From a virus, in IMG/VR virus record IMGVR_UViG_3300036791_000399, positions 10,076 through 74,075 of that record: a stretch of 64,000 nt of DNA; one strand, given 5' to 3'. Both the position numbers and the translations under genes were made by a program. Each line of letters begins with the position of its first letter. The stretch's first letter is position 1. Below the pieces are notes generated by a model that worked only from the letters and a program-made list of their open reading frames with translations, made no database searches and was not told the DNA's origin. Below, piece after piece: positions 36,074-45,212 of this stretch.

Positions 36074-39046
36074 ATGGCCGAAACCGACGCGGACGTCGGC
36101 ATTGCGCCGCCTCCGGATCAGGCGGCGCCCGCTCCTGCTCCAGCCGCGCCCGACGCCGCCAACGCCCCCGCTGCAGGTTCGGAAGGGCGAACTGTCGTCG
36201 TCCATGCGCGTCCTCCGCCGAAGCCGCCGCCAGCGCCGATCAAGCCGCACGAGACGGCGCCCGTCTCCGTCCAGCCTGCGGTTGTTGCGCCATCCGCGCC
36301 GGGACAGGAGCCGCCGCCCGCGGCTCCAAAGGGAGAGTCCGACAAAGACGTTGGCATCGAACCCTATCCAGGTTTGGCGACCGACATCGGCAAGGGCGCC
36401 TGGGGCGGCTTAGCGGAGGGGACAGAGGGGCTCCTCGGACTGCCCCATGACATTCCCAAGCTCGCTGACTACGGCCTTGCCTGGGCCGGAGCGCACGTCA
36501 ATCAAGCGCTCGGGGGCGAGGACGCCCAAGAGGCTCTTCAGCGCACCCATGGCTCGCTCTTACGCGGAGCTTTGGGTGACAATGTCGTCAATGCGGCGAA
36601 GGCGTTTTTGCCCGATGCAATGCAGCATGGCGCGGCCGATTGGCAGCGCGCGTTCCAAAAGATCGGAATCGATCCTGGCTATAAGCCTCAGTCCGCGCTC
36701 GGGCGGTACGCGCACGAGATCGCCGCTTTCGCTCCTGGCGCGGTGATCCCCTTCGGCGAGGCTGGCATGGCCACACGGCTTGCCCAGACTGTCGCGCCCG
36801 CGATCGGCTCCGAGACGCTCGGAAACTTGGCCAAAGGCACTGCCTGGGAGCCCTGGGCGCGGTTGGCCGGGGCAGGCCTCGGCGGCATAACGCACACCGG
36901 GATCGCGAGCTATACAGCGCCGATGCGGGCAAGCGGTCAGGCAGATCTTGCCTCGCAAGACTTGCGAGCCGCCACTGATAATCCCGACGCGGCGTTGGCC
37001 AAGCTTCGCGCCGCCCAGGCGCAACGACAGCCGGGAATGGCGACGGGGGAGAACGTCCCAGGATCCCAGCCGACGACGGCGCAGATCACTGGCGATTACG
37101 GGCAGGTCGCGGCGGAGCGCGCCTATCAATCCGGAGAGGGTCAAGCTGCGCATGGCCAGCGGATGGCTGAGCAGAGCGCGGCGCAGACCAAGGCGGCGCG
37201 TGGCGTGCAGCCGACGGGCGAACCGCAAACCGTCGCCGACATGATCACCAAGCGGCTGCAGGACATCGACGCGCAGCATGAACTCAATGTGGGCGTGCGG
37301 CAGCAGGCTCACGCATCCACCTTGCAAAACATGGAGCAGCAGGCGCGCTCCGCCGCCGGTCAGGTCGCGCGAAAGGGCGAGCCGGAAGCCCTGGGCGAGG
37401 CTGCACGCAAGCCGCTCGCCGAATCGATGGCTCGGGCGAAGGAACAAGAAAAGCGGCTGTGGGACGCGATCGACGCGAAGAAGATCGGCGTCTGGACGAA
37501 TCAGGTCGGCGCTCGCGCACGCAACATCGCGAAGAACATTGGGCTGCAAAAGCCGCCGAGCGGCGAGGAAAAAGCGATCCTCGACACCGCCGGCAATCTG
37601 CCGCGCTGGACGAAGCTCTCGGATCTCACCGACCTCACTTCGCGCTTGAAAGCCGAGATGCGCAACGAGCGCTTCACCAACGGCAACACCCCGGCGCTGA
37701 GGCGCATGACGGAGCTTCTCAAGACCTCAGAGAACGTGATCAAAGCCGCCGCCACCCGGCAGAGCGCCGCCGAGGCGAAGGCGGAAATGGAAGGCCTGCG
37801 CCGGATGACCCCGGAGGACCGGACCAACATCATGAAGGCCAGGGCGGCGACGAAGGCGCGCGGCGACATCGAGCGCGGGCCAGCCGGGGCAATCGTACGA
37901 CAGGGTGCGACCTCCGGCACCTACCGGACGCTCGCCTCCCAGGTTCCCGGCAAGATCTTCGCTGCCGGTCCAACCGGCTATCAGAAACTCAAGGCTTACA
38001 CCGAGGCGCTCGGTAAGCCGCACATGGACCCCGTGCATGACATCGTCGCCGACTCGCTGTCTCGCGAAGCGACTACTGATGGGATGGTCGACGCTGCCAA
38101 GCTGAATCGCTGGCAGGCCAAATACAGCGACGCGCTGCGCGCCTTGCCCGACGAGATCCGCCAGAAGTTTGTCCGAGGGCCGGGAGAGGCTGGCGAAGCC
38201 CTGGCAGAAGGCGCCGCGGCGCGGCGCGAGGCGCTAATCGCCCACAGCAAGCTCGACATCGCGAAGGAGATGGGCAAGCAGGCGCCGGAGGCGGAGGCGA
38301 TACGTTCTAACCCGGCGCTCAAGGCCTTCGAAGGCGTCGACAATCCGCGAGATGTACAGAGCAAGGTCGGCGGCATCATGTCGCGACCGGACGCTGTCAC
38401 CCGACTGGGAGAGCTACGCAAGCATCTTGCTGGCACGCCAGCCGCTGACGGATTGAAGCGCGCCGCGCTCGATCATGTCTTGGAGAAAACGCTCAGCACG
38501 GCCGAAGCCGGGACGACCGGCGAAAAGATGCTGCAACCCGGCAACTTCCAGAAGTTCGTCGCCAAGAACCGGGCGGCGCTGAAGGCGGCTGGGCTCAGCG
38601 ATCAGCAACTCGGCGTTCTGGACAAGATCTCAGGCGATTTAGAGCGCCAGCAACGCTTCAATGCCACTAAGGTCAGGACAGGGTCTGACACCGGGCAGAA
38701 TATCTCTAAGACGCTCAAGCAGATTGCTAAAGGCGTTCATGAGGGTTCGGGTTTGTTGCCGATGGTTCTCGCGGGCAAGGAAATATACGAGCGCCTTCCA
38801 GAATCCCTTCATGGCGTGGCGGGTATTACGGCGGCGGCCGCCGGGTACGGCGCTCACAAGGTTCTCAGCGCCACGCGCCATAGGGGGCTCGCCAAAGCTC
38901 AAGACCTCTATCATGAGGCTGTGATGCACCCGGACGTGGCGGCTGACTTGCTAGGCCGGTCGACCCCAGGGAGGCTGGCGCGGCTCCGGCGCCACGCCAT
39001 GTACGCCGGCCTCGCAGCCGAGCGCACCGCCGCGCTGCGGCATTAG
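36074..39046 (+). CDS. large helical internal virion/ejection protein
   Basis: Last gene of the virion module; amphipathic Gly/Ala-rich N-terminal segment, PTTAQITGD, long helical body. Confidence 0.75.
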   Translation: MAETDADVGIAPPPDQAAPAPAPAAPDAANAPAAGSEGRTVVVHARPPPKPPPAPIKPHETAPVSVQPAVVAPSAPGQEPPPAAPKGESDKDVGIEPYPGLATDIGKGAWGGLAEGTEGLLGLPHDIPKLADYGLAWAGAHVNQALGGEDAQEALQRTHGSLLRGALGDNVVNAAKAFLPDAMQHGAADWQRAFQKIGIDPGYKPQSALGRYAHEIAAFAPGAVIPFGEAGMATRLAQTVAPAIGSETLGNLAKGTAWEPWARLAGAGLGGITHTGIASYTAPMRASGQADLASQDLRAATDNPDAALAKLRAAQAQRQPGMATGENVPGSQPTTAQITGDYGQVAAERAYQSGEGQAAHGQRMAEQSAAQTKAARGVQPTGEPQTVADMITKRLQDIDAQHELNVGVRQQAHASTLQNMEQQARSAAGQVARKGEPEALGEAARKPLAESMARAKEQEKRLWDAIDAKKIGVWTNQVGARARNIAKNIGLQKPPSGEEKAILDTAGNLPRWTKLSDLTDLTSRLKAEMRNERFTNGNTPALRRMTELLKTSENVIKAAATRQSAAEAKAEMEGLRRMTPEDRTNIMKARAATKARGDIERGPAGAIVRQGATSGTYRTLASQVPGKIFAAGPTGYQKLKAYTEALGKPHMDPVHDIVADSLSREATTDGMVDAAKLNRWQAKYSDALRALPDEIRQKFVRGPGEAGEALAEGAAARREALIAHSKLDIAKEMGKQAPEAEAIRSNPALKAFEGVDNPRDVQSKVGGIMSRPDAVTRLGELRKHLAGTPAADGLKRAALDHVLEKTLSTAEAGTTGEKMLQPGNFQKFVAKNRAALKAAGLSDQQLGVLDKISGDLERQQRFNATKVRTGSDTGQNISKTLKQIAKGVHEGSGLLPMVLAGKEIYERLPESLHGVAGITAAAAGYGAHKVLSATRHRGLAKAQDLYHEAVMHPDVAADLLGRSTPGRLARLRRHAMYAGLAAERTAALRH

Positions 39047-39279
39047 GCTTTGGCGATCGGCGCTGGCGGCAGAACCTCGACGTCGATCGGCCGACCCTTC
39101 TCGTCCCAGGCGTGCCACCAGCGGGCTATTTGCCGACGCTTCCAGCCCACGATGACGGTTATTACGATGAACCACTCTATGGCGTCGTGCCAACCCCAGT
39201 CGGAGCCAGACTGCGCTACTATCGTGGTCGCCACGAGTTGAAGAATGAGGTACGGGCCCCAATTTTTGATCTGCAGCAT
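39043..39279 (-). CDS. small two-TM membrane protein
   Basis: Two hydrophobic segments; GAGGAG RBS. Confidence 0.6.
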   Translation of the reverse strand: MLQIKNWGPYLILQLVATTIVAQSGSDWGWHDAIEWFIVITVIVGWKRRQIARWWHAWDEKGRPIDVEVLPPAPIAKA

Positions 39280-39659
39280 CAGGTTCGCTCCTCTTGTTGT
39301 CTTGCCAGAAGTAAGGCGCGCTGGGCGACGCGCTGATCCCGCAGCTTGGTGAAATTCCTAATTGCCTTTTCGTATTGATTGATCTCCCAATCGAGTTGCT
39401 CAAGGACGGCATCTATTTCTTGGGCCGTAGGCGGGTCGATGCTTGCCCACTGAAACAGGGTTGGCGGCGGATTAAAAAGGCGAAGAACCTGTTTCGCCAC
39501 CCGTTGCAGGCCAGCCGTTTCAAGTTCGACCGTTTCAAGCTCAGTCAGGCCTTCATCCTTAATGGCTCGGATGAGTCGTCCTTTCGTGAGCTTGCGGGAC
39601 GATCCTTGCGTCAACCGTCGTCCAACTGTGAGCATATGTTCGTAAAGGTTCGTTGCCAT
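39279..39659 (-). CDS. hypothetical protein
   Basis: Coupled to the downstream ORF; lower-GC patch. Confidence 0.55.
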   Translation of the reverse strand: MATNLYEHMLTVGRRLTQGSSRKLTKGRLIRAIKDEGLTELETVELETAGLQRVAKQVLRLFNPPPTLFQWASIDPPTAQEIDAVLEQLDWEINQYEKAIRNFTKLRDQRVAQRALLLARQQEERT

Positions 39660-39996
39660 GCGTTGCTCCGTAGGCTACCGTCTCACTGAGAGAGTAGCCC
39701 CCAAAGGAACGAAAGGCAACGCCTTGCAACACAGCGCAGAAAAGACAACCTTTGGCCGAGTGCAGGGCGCGGTTATCTCCGTGATACGCAGCCACGCGCA
39801 CGATCCCGTGGCTGCGATTCCATTGTCGACGATTGTCTTAGAAATTTTTCAAACGCCGCGAGTGGAACAAACGCGATCTCAACAGCAAACAGTGCGTCGA
39901 GCGCTTCGAACATTGGAACAACGCGGCATCGTTCGGCTCAGCAAATATATCCACCACCGGGAGCGGTGCTGGGAATTGACCGGGAAGGTCAAATAA
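39658..39996 (+). CDS. putative winged-helix protein (true start probably downstream, e.g. GTG 39760)
   Basis: TVRRALRTLEQRGIV..CWEL pattern. Confidence 0.5.
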   Translation: MRCSVGYRLTERVAPKGTKGNALQHSAEKTTFGRVQGAVISVIRSHAHDPVAAIPLSTIVLEIFQTPRVEQTRSQQQTVRRALRTLEQRGIVRLSKYIHHRERCWELTGKVK

Positions 39997-40407
39997 TTAT
40001 GCGGCTACGCCATAGGTGCCGTCGCCATTGGCCTTGACCTTGGCGCGCTTCTCCAGCCGGTTCAGCGCTGAGCCGACGCTGCTCGCAGCGAACCCGCTGG
40101 CCTTGAGGAAGTCACGCAGTTCGGATGGCGCCTTGGGGCCTCCCTCCAACGCCTCCAAGACGCGGCTGTAGATCGAGCCTGCGGGCGGCCACTCGCCGCC
40201 ATTGTTCTTCCGCGCGCGGATGATCTTCTTGTGGATCTTGGGCGCCGCGGCTGGGCGCATCGGGGGTTCGCCGACCGGCTCCGCCTTTGTCTCCCGCAGC
40301 GCCTCCAGACCGATCTCGACATCGAAGTCTCCCGAGACATGCGTCATGGCGTGAACCAGTTCGCCCAAATTCTTGTCATCGACCATAGCGGTTACACGAT
40401 ACTTCAC
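39997..40407 (-). CDS. protein with C-terminal winged HTH
   Basis: VLEAL..PSEL..SVGSALNRL..GDGTY; AGGAG RBS. Confidence 0.65.
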   Translation of the reverse strand: MKYRVTAMVDDKNLGELVHAMTHVSGDFDVEIGLEALRETKAEPVGEPPMRPAAAPKIHKKIIRARKNNGGEWPPAGSIYSRVLEALEGGPKAPSELRDFLKASGFAASSVGSALNRLEKRAKVKANGDGTYGVAA

Positions 40408-40622
40408 TTGTCATTCTCCTTTGACACCAGTGTCTCTGCCCATTTAGCTGTGACCATCATCCCTTCCAAGAGGGACTTGGCGTTATTGAGATGCCGCACC
40501 GCATCTTTCGGCCGCCTCGCTTGCATCGCTTCTTCGGCGTCGCTGACGAGTTCTTCGACCTCTCGGCGATGATCGTAAATGTCCGAGATGGCGCGAGCGT
40601 AATTCCTGCTTTGCTCGCTCAC
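40404..40622 (-). CDS. hypothetical helical protein
   Basis: GTGA coupling at both ends. Confidence 0.55.
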   Translation of the reverse strand: MSEQSRNYARAISDIYDHRREVEELVSDAEEAMQARRPKDAVRHLNNAKSLLEGMMVTAKWAETLVSKENDK

Positions 40623-41782
40623 GTCGCCACCTTCTGCGCCGTCTCCCGCCATGCTCTCTCCATCGGTACAGAGACGTGCGCGATCTCGTCGCTGTTGAGA
40701 AAGTCCAGCCATTCAGTGAGGGCGCGATCGCCCTTCGCGGCCGCGGCGTCGCCATCCGCCTGGATCCGCTCCTGGATGGAGGGCTTGCGCGGGGCCCTGG
40801 GGGCTCGCTGGGCGGCCTTGGGCGGATCCTCTATCACTGCTTCGGGCGCGAGCCTTTGCCCGTCCTGGACGAACCCCTGGCCGGTTACTGCGGCGTCTTG
40901 GATGGCTTCCTTGATCTCGCCAGTCTCAGGATCGAACCTGGAGATCGCCTTAAGCTTGTCCTCCAGCGTCTCAGGCTTCGGTCCTGGCTGCACCTCTTCA
41001 GGGAACAACTGATCGAGCGTGGCGTCGCCGCTCTTCAGCGAGGAGCGCATCCCGCCCAGGTCGACGAGGTGATCGAGGGTGATGTCGTCCAGGTGGTTGA
41101 CGCTCAGCGATTTGAGGATCCGCTCAGTCGGCACGCCCATCTTGTTGAAGTAAGAGAAGGCGGCGTCGCGCCGCTCGACCAGGGTCTTCTGGTCACCGCG
41201 GATGACGGCCTCAACCGCCTCCTGGGCGCGGCGCCAGACGGTTTTCGGAATGGCGCCGAGGATGGCGTTCCTCCTGGCGACCGAGGTCGCGGCCGCGCCG
41301 GCCAATTGAATCATGTCCGGGTCGACGCTCTTGCGCCCCCTCTTCAGTTCGATGCGGCGCCGCGCGCGGGCGACGTAGCCGACGTTGGTTTCGAGGTCAT
41401 GGACGAGCGCCTCGGCCTCGACATACCGCTCGACGCGGTCCTCGTGAGTGACGCGGGCGGCGCAGCGCACGTTCCCCCAGGCGCTGAGGACGATCTCGGC
41501 GAAGCGGATGCTCGGCCCTCGGATCTGCTTGCCGCCGCGGGGCACTGAATAGATGCACTCCTCTGCCATCTGCTCATCGAGCGTGGCGAGCCCGATCATC
41601 CGATCACGGGCCTTCGACGGTGAGCGCGGATAGGCGTGCGCGGTGGCGATCTGCTGATCGAACTCCGCTTTAGTCAGTTCTGTGGCCAAGCTCGCCGGCA
41701 CCAGCGGGTTCTCGACCTCGGGCTCCGGCCCAGGACCGGTGAGAACGGGCGTCTCCTCGTTGGGGTAGCGTTGGTCACTCAT
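40619..41782 (-). CDS. putative single-strand annealing protein partnering YqaJ
   Basis: QIATAHAYPRS, CIYSVPRGGK.IRGPSIRFAE, A.RNAIL; start ATG 41782; same operon as YqaJ (function inferred from context). Confidence 0.6.
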   Translation of the reverse strand: MSDQRYPNEETPVLTGPGPEPEVENPLVPASLATELTKAEFDQQIATAHAYPRSPSKARDRMIGLATLDEQMAEECIYSVPRGGKQIRGPSIRFAEIVLSAWGNVRCAARVTHEDRVERYVEAEALVHDLETNVGYVARARRRIELKRGRKSVDPDMIQLAGAAATSVARRNAILGAIPKTVWRRAQEAVEAVIRGDQKTLVERRDAAFSYFNKMGVPTERILKSLSVNHLDDITLDHLVDLGGMRSSLKSGDATLDQLFPEEVQPGPKPETLEDKLKAISRFDPETGEIKEAIQDAAVTGQGFVQDGQRLAPEAVIEDPPKAAQRAPRAPRKPSIQERIQADGDAAAAKGDRALTEWLDFLNSDEIAHVSVPMERAWRETAQKVAT

Positions 41783-41943
41783 CGGCTTTGTTCCTTGCGT
41801 TGCGCTGAATTGAGATAGCGCTCCGGCTTCTTGATCCGCTTCACCAGCGGCAGGTTCCTGGCGATGTATTTCATCCATCGTCGTGGGCTCACATGGCCAG
41901 TCGGCTTCGCGGCTTTCTTCTGGTCGTCTTCGTCTTCACTCAT
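41779..41943 (-). CDS. 54-aa small ORF (MSEDEDDQKK...)
   Basis: ATGA overlaps at both ends; below the track cutoff. Confidence 0.55.
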   Translation of the reverse strand: MSEDEDDQKKAAKPTGHVSPRRWMKYIARNLPLVKRIKKPERYLNSAQRKEQSR

Positions 41944-42398
41944 ATGTCGGGTTCCTCTTTCCAGATCTGGACGCCGGGAAGCTCCCGCAACCCGAGCAAG
42001 ATTCCAGTCTTAATCGCCTCGTCGACCGCGCTGGCGCGGAAGTAAGGCTTGAGCCGGTGAAACGGCACCGCCTCATAGTTGGTGATCTTGTACACCCAGC
42101 GGGCGGGCTCCTCCTGGGGCTCCGCCACCGGGATGTCTGTATGCTTCCGATAGGCGGCAATGATGCGTCGTAGCCGCTTCGACAGCGGATCGAAAAACAG
42201 ATTGTTCTGTGTCCCGCCGCGGCTCTTGCGCCATGCGTCGAGCAGCCTGACCAGAGCCACCTCGGCCGCCTCGACGATGTAGGCAGCGTGCTTCTTGGGC
42301 TCGCTGCGAGAAGCATTGGCGCGCTCGGCGACAAGCTCGATATCGGCGAGCAATTCACGGTGCTGCTCATAGAGTTTCGTCTGAAAGGCGACGTTCAT
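41940..42398 (-). CDS. phage recombination-module protein
   Basis: C-terminal W.Y.IT....P....R.LPGV.I pattern common in such modules. Confidence 0.6.
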   Translation of the reverse strand: MNVAFQTKLYEQHRELLADIELVAERANASRSEPKKHAAYIVEAAEVALVRLLDAWRKSRGGTQNNLFFDPLSKRLRRIIAAYRKHTDIPVAEPQEEPARWVYKITNYEAVPFHRLKPYFRASAVDEAIKTGILLGLRELPGVQIWKEEPDI

Positions 42399-43356
42399 AT
42401 TTCTGGTGCTGGCTCACAGTAATTTTACGGAACGAATAGGCCTTTCGCATCGCTTCTTGAACTTTGATCGTTGGCGCTTTGACCAGCGTGCCGCCGTAGC
42501 GCGCCGCCCTGGAATTGCCCATTCGGGCGATGATCTGGGCGTCGATCACCTTGCGCAGCTTTTCCGCCTTGGTCCCGGCTTCCTCGGTTCGCTTGAACTC
42601 TTCGCGCTGCCACAAGAGATTGCCGAACTCAGGGTCGCCGACAATGTCGACGGTCGAGCCGTCCTCATCGCGGTACGTCTCCAGGATGGCGGCGGCGTCT
42701 TTGCCCCAGTCCACCGGGTAGGGCTCCTTGGCCGCAACCCGGCGCCAGAAATCCTTAGCCAGTTCGCGGAATGTCTGCGCCACCCCTGGCATGATCGGGA
42801 CGTCAATGATTTCAGCGTCGAGGCCGGCGTCGCCGATGGTGATCGCTGCCACCGCGCCCCACTTTATGTCTTCCGCTCCCCAGTACGCGCCCACCATTGC
42901 CGCCTGGATGTTGACCTGGATCGCCATCCAGACCGGCAATTCGGAGTCGCCTGTGTCCTCGTCCCGCCACCTGCGAAAGGTTGCTGGGCCGACTGACTTG
43001 ACGTCGATCAGGCCATAACCTCGGACGGGACATCGCGCCCAGAGATCCGGCGTCGTGCCAATGCGCTCCTCCGGATCGCAGTAGTAGTACGGATTAGGCG
43101 TGACCTCCCAGTCTGGCCGCTCCTCCGCGATGATGTCGGGCGCGATCTTCTCGATATACTGGCCTCGGCGCGCGAGCTTCGGGTCGATCGGTTTCGCCGG
43201 CAGGAGGCCGCTCTTCAACGCCCATTGCTGATAGGCGCTCGTATAAGGATGAACCTCGGCGCCGAACAGACATGCCCCCACTGACGATGTCATGTGCTCC
43301 GCGCGCCAGCCTAGCCATTCTTCCCGATCGCCGAGGGAGCGGACTTCGACGGTCAT
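42367..43356 (-). CDS. YqaJ-like viral recombinase exonuclease (lambda-exonuclease fold)
   Basis: WLGWR..MTSS, RG..IE, TTPD, IDVK, Q..Q motifs. Confidence 0.85.
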   Translation of the reverse strand: MTVEVRSLGDREEWLGWRAEHMTSSVGACLFGAEVHPYTSAYQQWALKSGLLPAKPIDPKLARRGQYIEKIAPDIIAEERPDWEVTPNPYYYCDPEERIGTTPDLWARCPVRGYGLIDVKSVGPATFRRWRDEDTGDSELPVWMAIQVNIQAAMVGAYWGAEDIKWGAVAAITIGDAGLDAEIIDVPIMPGVAQTFRELAKDFWRRVAAKEPYPVDWGKDAAAILETYRDEDGSTVDIVGDPEFGNLLWQREEFKRTEEAGTKAEKLRKVIDAQIIARMGNSRAARYGGTLVKAPTIKVQEAMRKAYSFRKITVSQHQKYERRLSDETL

Positions 43357-43511
43357 GCCAGATGCTCAAGCCGACCGAGTTTCTCGGCGATCTGCGTGTG
43401 GCCCTGTTGCTCCAGGACATAGGCGACCATCTCCAGGAACCGCTCGACGCCGAGACGGTCGATGATCGTAGCGATCAGTTCTTCCCAGTGCTTGTTGTCG
43501 TATTCCAACAT
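43353..43511 (-). CDS. 52-aa small ORF (MLEYDNKHWEELIA...)
   Basis: GAGGGG RBS; stop overlaps the YqaJ ATG. Confidence 0.6.
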   Translation of the reverse strand: MLEYDNKHWEELIATIIDRLGVERFLEMVAYVLEQQGHTQIAEKLGRLEHLA

Positions 43512-43531
43512 TTCCACCCCTCCCTGAGATA

Positions 43532-43558
43532 AGCGAGAGGGGGCGAACCCCTCCCGCT
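43532..43558 (-). terminator. GC hairpin with UUCG loop (weak terminator or mRNA stabiliser)
   Basis: AGCGGGAGGGG-TTCG-CCCCCTCTCGCT on the minus strand, intergenic. Confidence 0.45.
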
Positions 43559-43566
43559 GTGATCAA

Positions 43567-43779
43567 TCAATCGTCGAGCGGCCTAAGACCCTCTGCCTTA
43601 TCGACAAGCAATACCTGCGCCCTGGTCGGAGTGCAGACGCAGCAGGCAAGGCGCGCCTCGCCGAGGGCGACTGCGTGCTCGTTCCGAAAGGCGGCGAGCT
43701 TTTCCTTCTTGGTCAGTTTCTTGACCTTGGGCTTCTCGATCACTTCGCCGCCAGGACTGGTGGTGTGTTCGTCGAACAT
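43567..43779 (-). CDS. small hypothetical protein
   Basis: AAGGAGG RBS. Confidence 0.6.
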   Translation of the reverse strand: MFDEHTTSPGGEVIEKPKVKKLTKKEKLAAFRNEHAVALGEARLACCVCTPTRAQVLLVDKAEGLRPLDD

Positions 43780-43855
43780 CCGTACCTCCTTCTCCGAAGA
43801 CGCAATAAAGTGCGTCGGACATAGGCGACTTAATTGCGCCTATCGCCACCGCGCT

Positions 43856-44284
43856 TCATGGCTTCTTCACCCAAGCCTTGCCATTCCACATCAGCGAGCC
43901 CGGTGGCGGTACACAGGTCATCGTGCCCTCCTCGTAAGTGAAGCCGCCGATGCCGAGGTCCGCATCGCTCAGTCCGGTGTTCGGATCAGAATGGAAAATT
44001 CCCTTACAGGCTGGTGGTGGTTTTGCTGTCAGCGCCACGCCTATGACCAATACGATGGGAATGGCGGCAACGGTCAGGATGACGTTCCTGTGGCCCCGTA
44101 CTTCTTCCCAAGGGATTAAGGTGGCGACGAACACAACGCCCCAAATGATGAGGCAAACGGTGCCGATGATCGGGTGGGCCATGAACCCGCCGATCACGAT
44201 TATGACGCCGACGAAGTTGACGACCCAGCGAAACTCGCCCCCGGATATGCGGTCTAGGATCAGCAACAGAAGTAGGTCGTCCAT
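43856..44284 (-). CDS. multi-pass membrane protein with Cys-containing C-terminal domain
   Basis: Three hydrophobic helices; GGAGAG RBS. Confidence 0.65.
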   Translation of the reverse strand: MDDLLLLLILDRISGGEFRWVVNFVGVIIVIGGFMAHPIIGTVCLIIWGVVFVATLIPWEEVRGHRNVILTVAAIPIVLVIGVALTAKPPPACKGIFHSDPNTGLSDADLGIGGFTYEEGTMTCVPPPGSLMWNGKAWVKKP

Positions 44285-44412
44285 ACTCTCTCCATTCCGT
44301 AGGGCGGAGACAGCGAGCGCCGCCGCCTCCGCCCCACTTGATCAGGCCGCTCACGACGTCGACGTCCGGATTCGCAAACGCCATCTCCCGGTCGCGGCCC
44401 GATTCATTTCCC

Positions 44413-44485
44413 TATATAAGGCTGTAGCAGCTTCCGCGACAACCGGCAAGGCCGCCGTTGACGTTGCGCAGCGGAATGTGAGACA
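44413..44485. promoter_or_regulatory. divergent promoters with two operator copies (switch region)
   Basis: TGTAGC-N7-GCGACA at 44423-41; TTGACG at 44458-63 then CGCAGC-N7-GAGACA at 44467-85; leftward TTGTCG-18-TATATA. Confidence 0.6.
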
Positions 44486-44496
44486 AAGGTGACGCC

Positions 44497-44721
44497 ATGC
44501 GTTTGGATATCTATCTCGAAAAGAGCAACACGCCGGTCAAGACGTTCGCCGGGATGATCGGCGTCCACCGGACCAGTGTTTATCGATTTATGAAGGGCTT
44601 AGCCTTCCCCCGACCACAGACGATCGAGCACATTACCCAGGTGACCCAGGGCAAGGTCACCGCCAACGACTTCATCGCGATTAACCCTAGAGAGTCACGC
44701 TCCCTTTCCGCTGTCGGCTAA
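44497..44721 (+). CDS. Cro-like XRE helix-turn-helix regulator
   Basis: MRL..YL..FA..IGV..TSVYR..G..FP...I..I...T.GKVTANDF. Confidence 0.85.
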   Translation: MRLDIYLEKSNTPVKTFAGMIGVHRTSVYRFMKGLAFPRPQTIEHITQVTQGKVTANDFIAINPRESRSLSAVG

Positions 44722-44726
44722 GTCGG

Positions 44727-45212
44727 ATGATCGTGCTTGGCATCGACATTGGCGTCAGTGGGGCTATTGCGGTCCTCTCCGACGGCGCCATCGTCCAAGT
44801 CCACGATATGCCGATCCTGCGCGACGGGCCCAAAAACCGGGCGAGCGTCAACGCGCCGCTCCTGGCCGAAATCATCGCCACAAGCCACGCGCAGACAGTG
44901 TTCATAGAGTGGGTTGGCGTCCGTCCTGGGGAGGGCGCTGTCGGGGCATTCGCCTTCGGGCGGGCGCGCGGCGTTTGTGAAGGCGTTTGTGCGGGGCTCG
45001 CGATCCCGGTGGTGTTCATCACCAGCCCGCAGTGGAAGCGCGTTCACGGCATCGCCCCCGGCAAGAACGGCGCGAAAGACGCGGCGCGCTCTAAGGCGAT
45101 TGCGCGCTGGCCCGGTAGTGCGGACCTGTTCAAACGAGCCAGAGATGACGGACGCGCGGAGTCATGTTTAATTGCCACCGCAGGCATGTTAATAAGCGAG
45201 AATACTCGATGA
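44727..45212 (+). CDS. RuvC-like Holliday junction resolvase
   Basis: LGIDIG, FIE, AFAFG, P.QWK, DDGRAES. Confidence 0.85.
   Translation: MIVLGIDIGVSGAIAVLSDGAIVQVHDMPILRDGPKNRASVNAPLLAEIIATSHAQTVFIEWVGVRPGEGAVGAFAFGRARGVCEGVCAGLAIPVVFITSPQWKRVHGIAPGKNGAKDAARSKAIARWPGSADLFKRARDDGRAESCLIATAGMLISENTR

Noticed and set aside
894-38929. Many long minus-strand ORFs over the virion genes (e.g. 4683-6278, 29614-30957, 33646-34884)
   Set aside because: Antisense shadows expected from high GC3; no motifs or RBS, and they overlap well-supported genes
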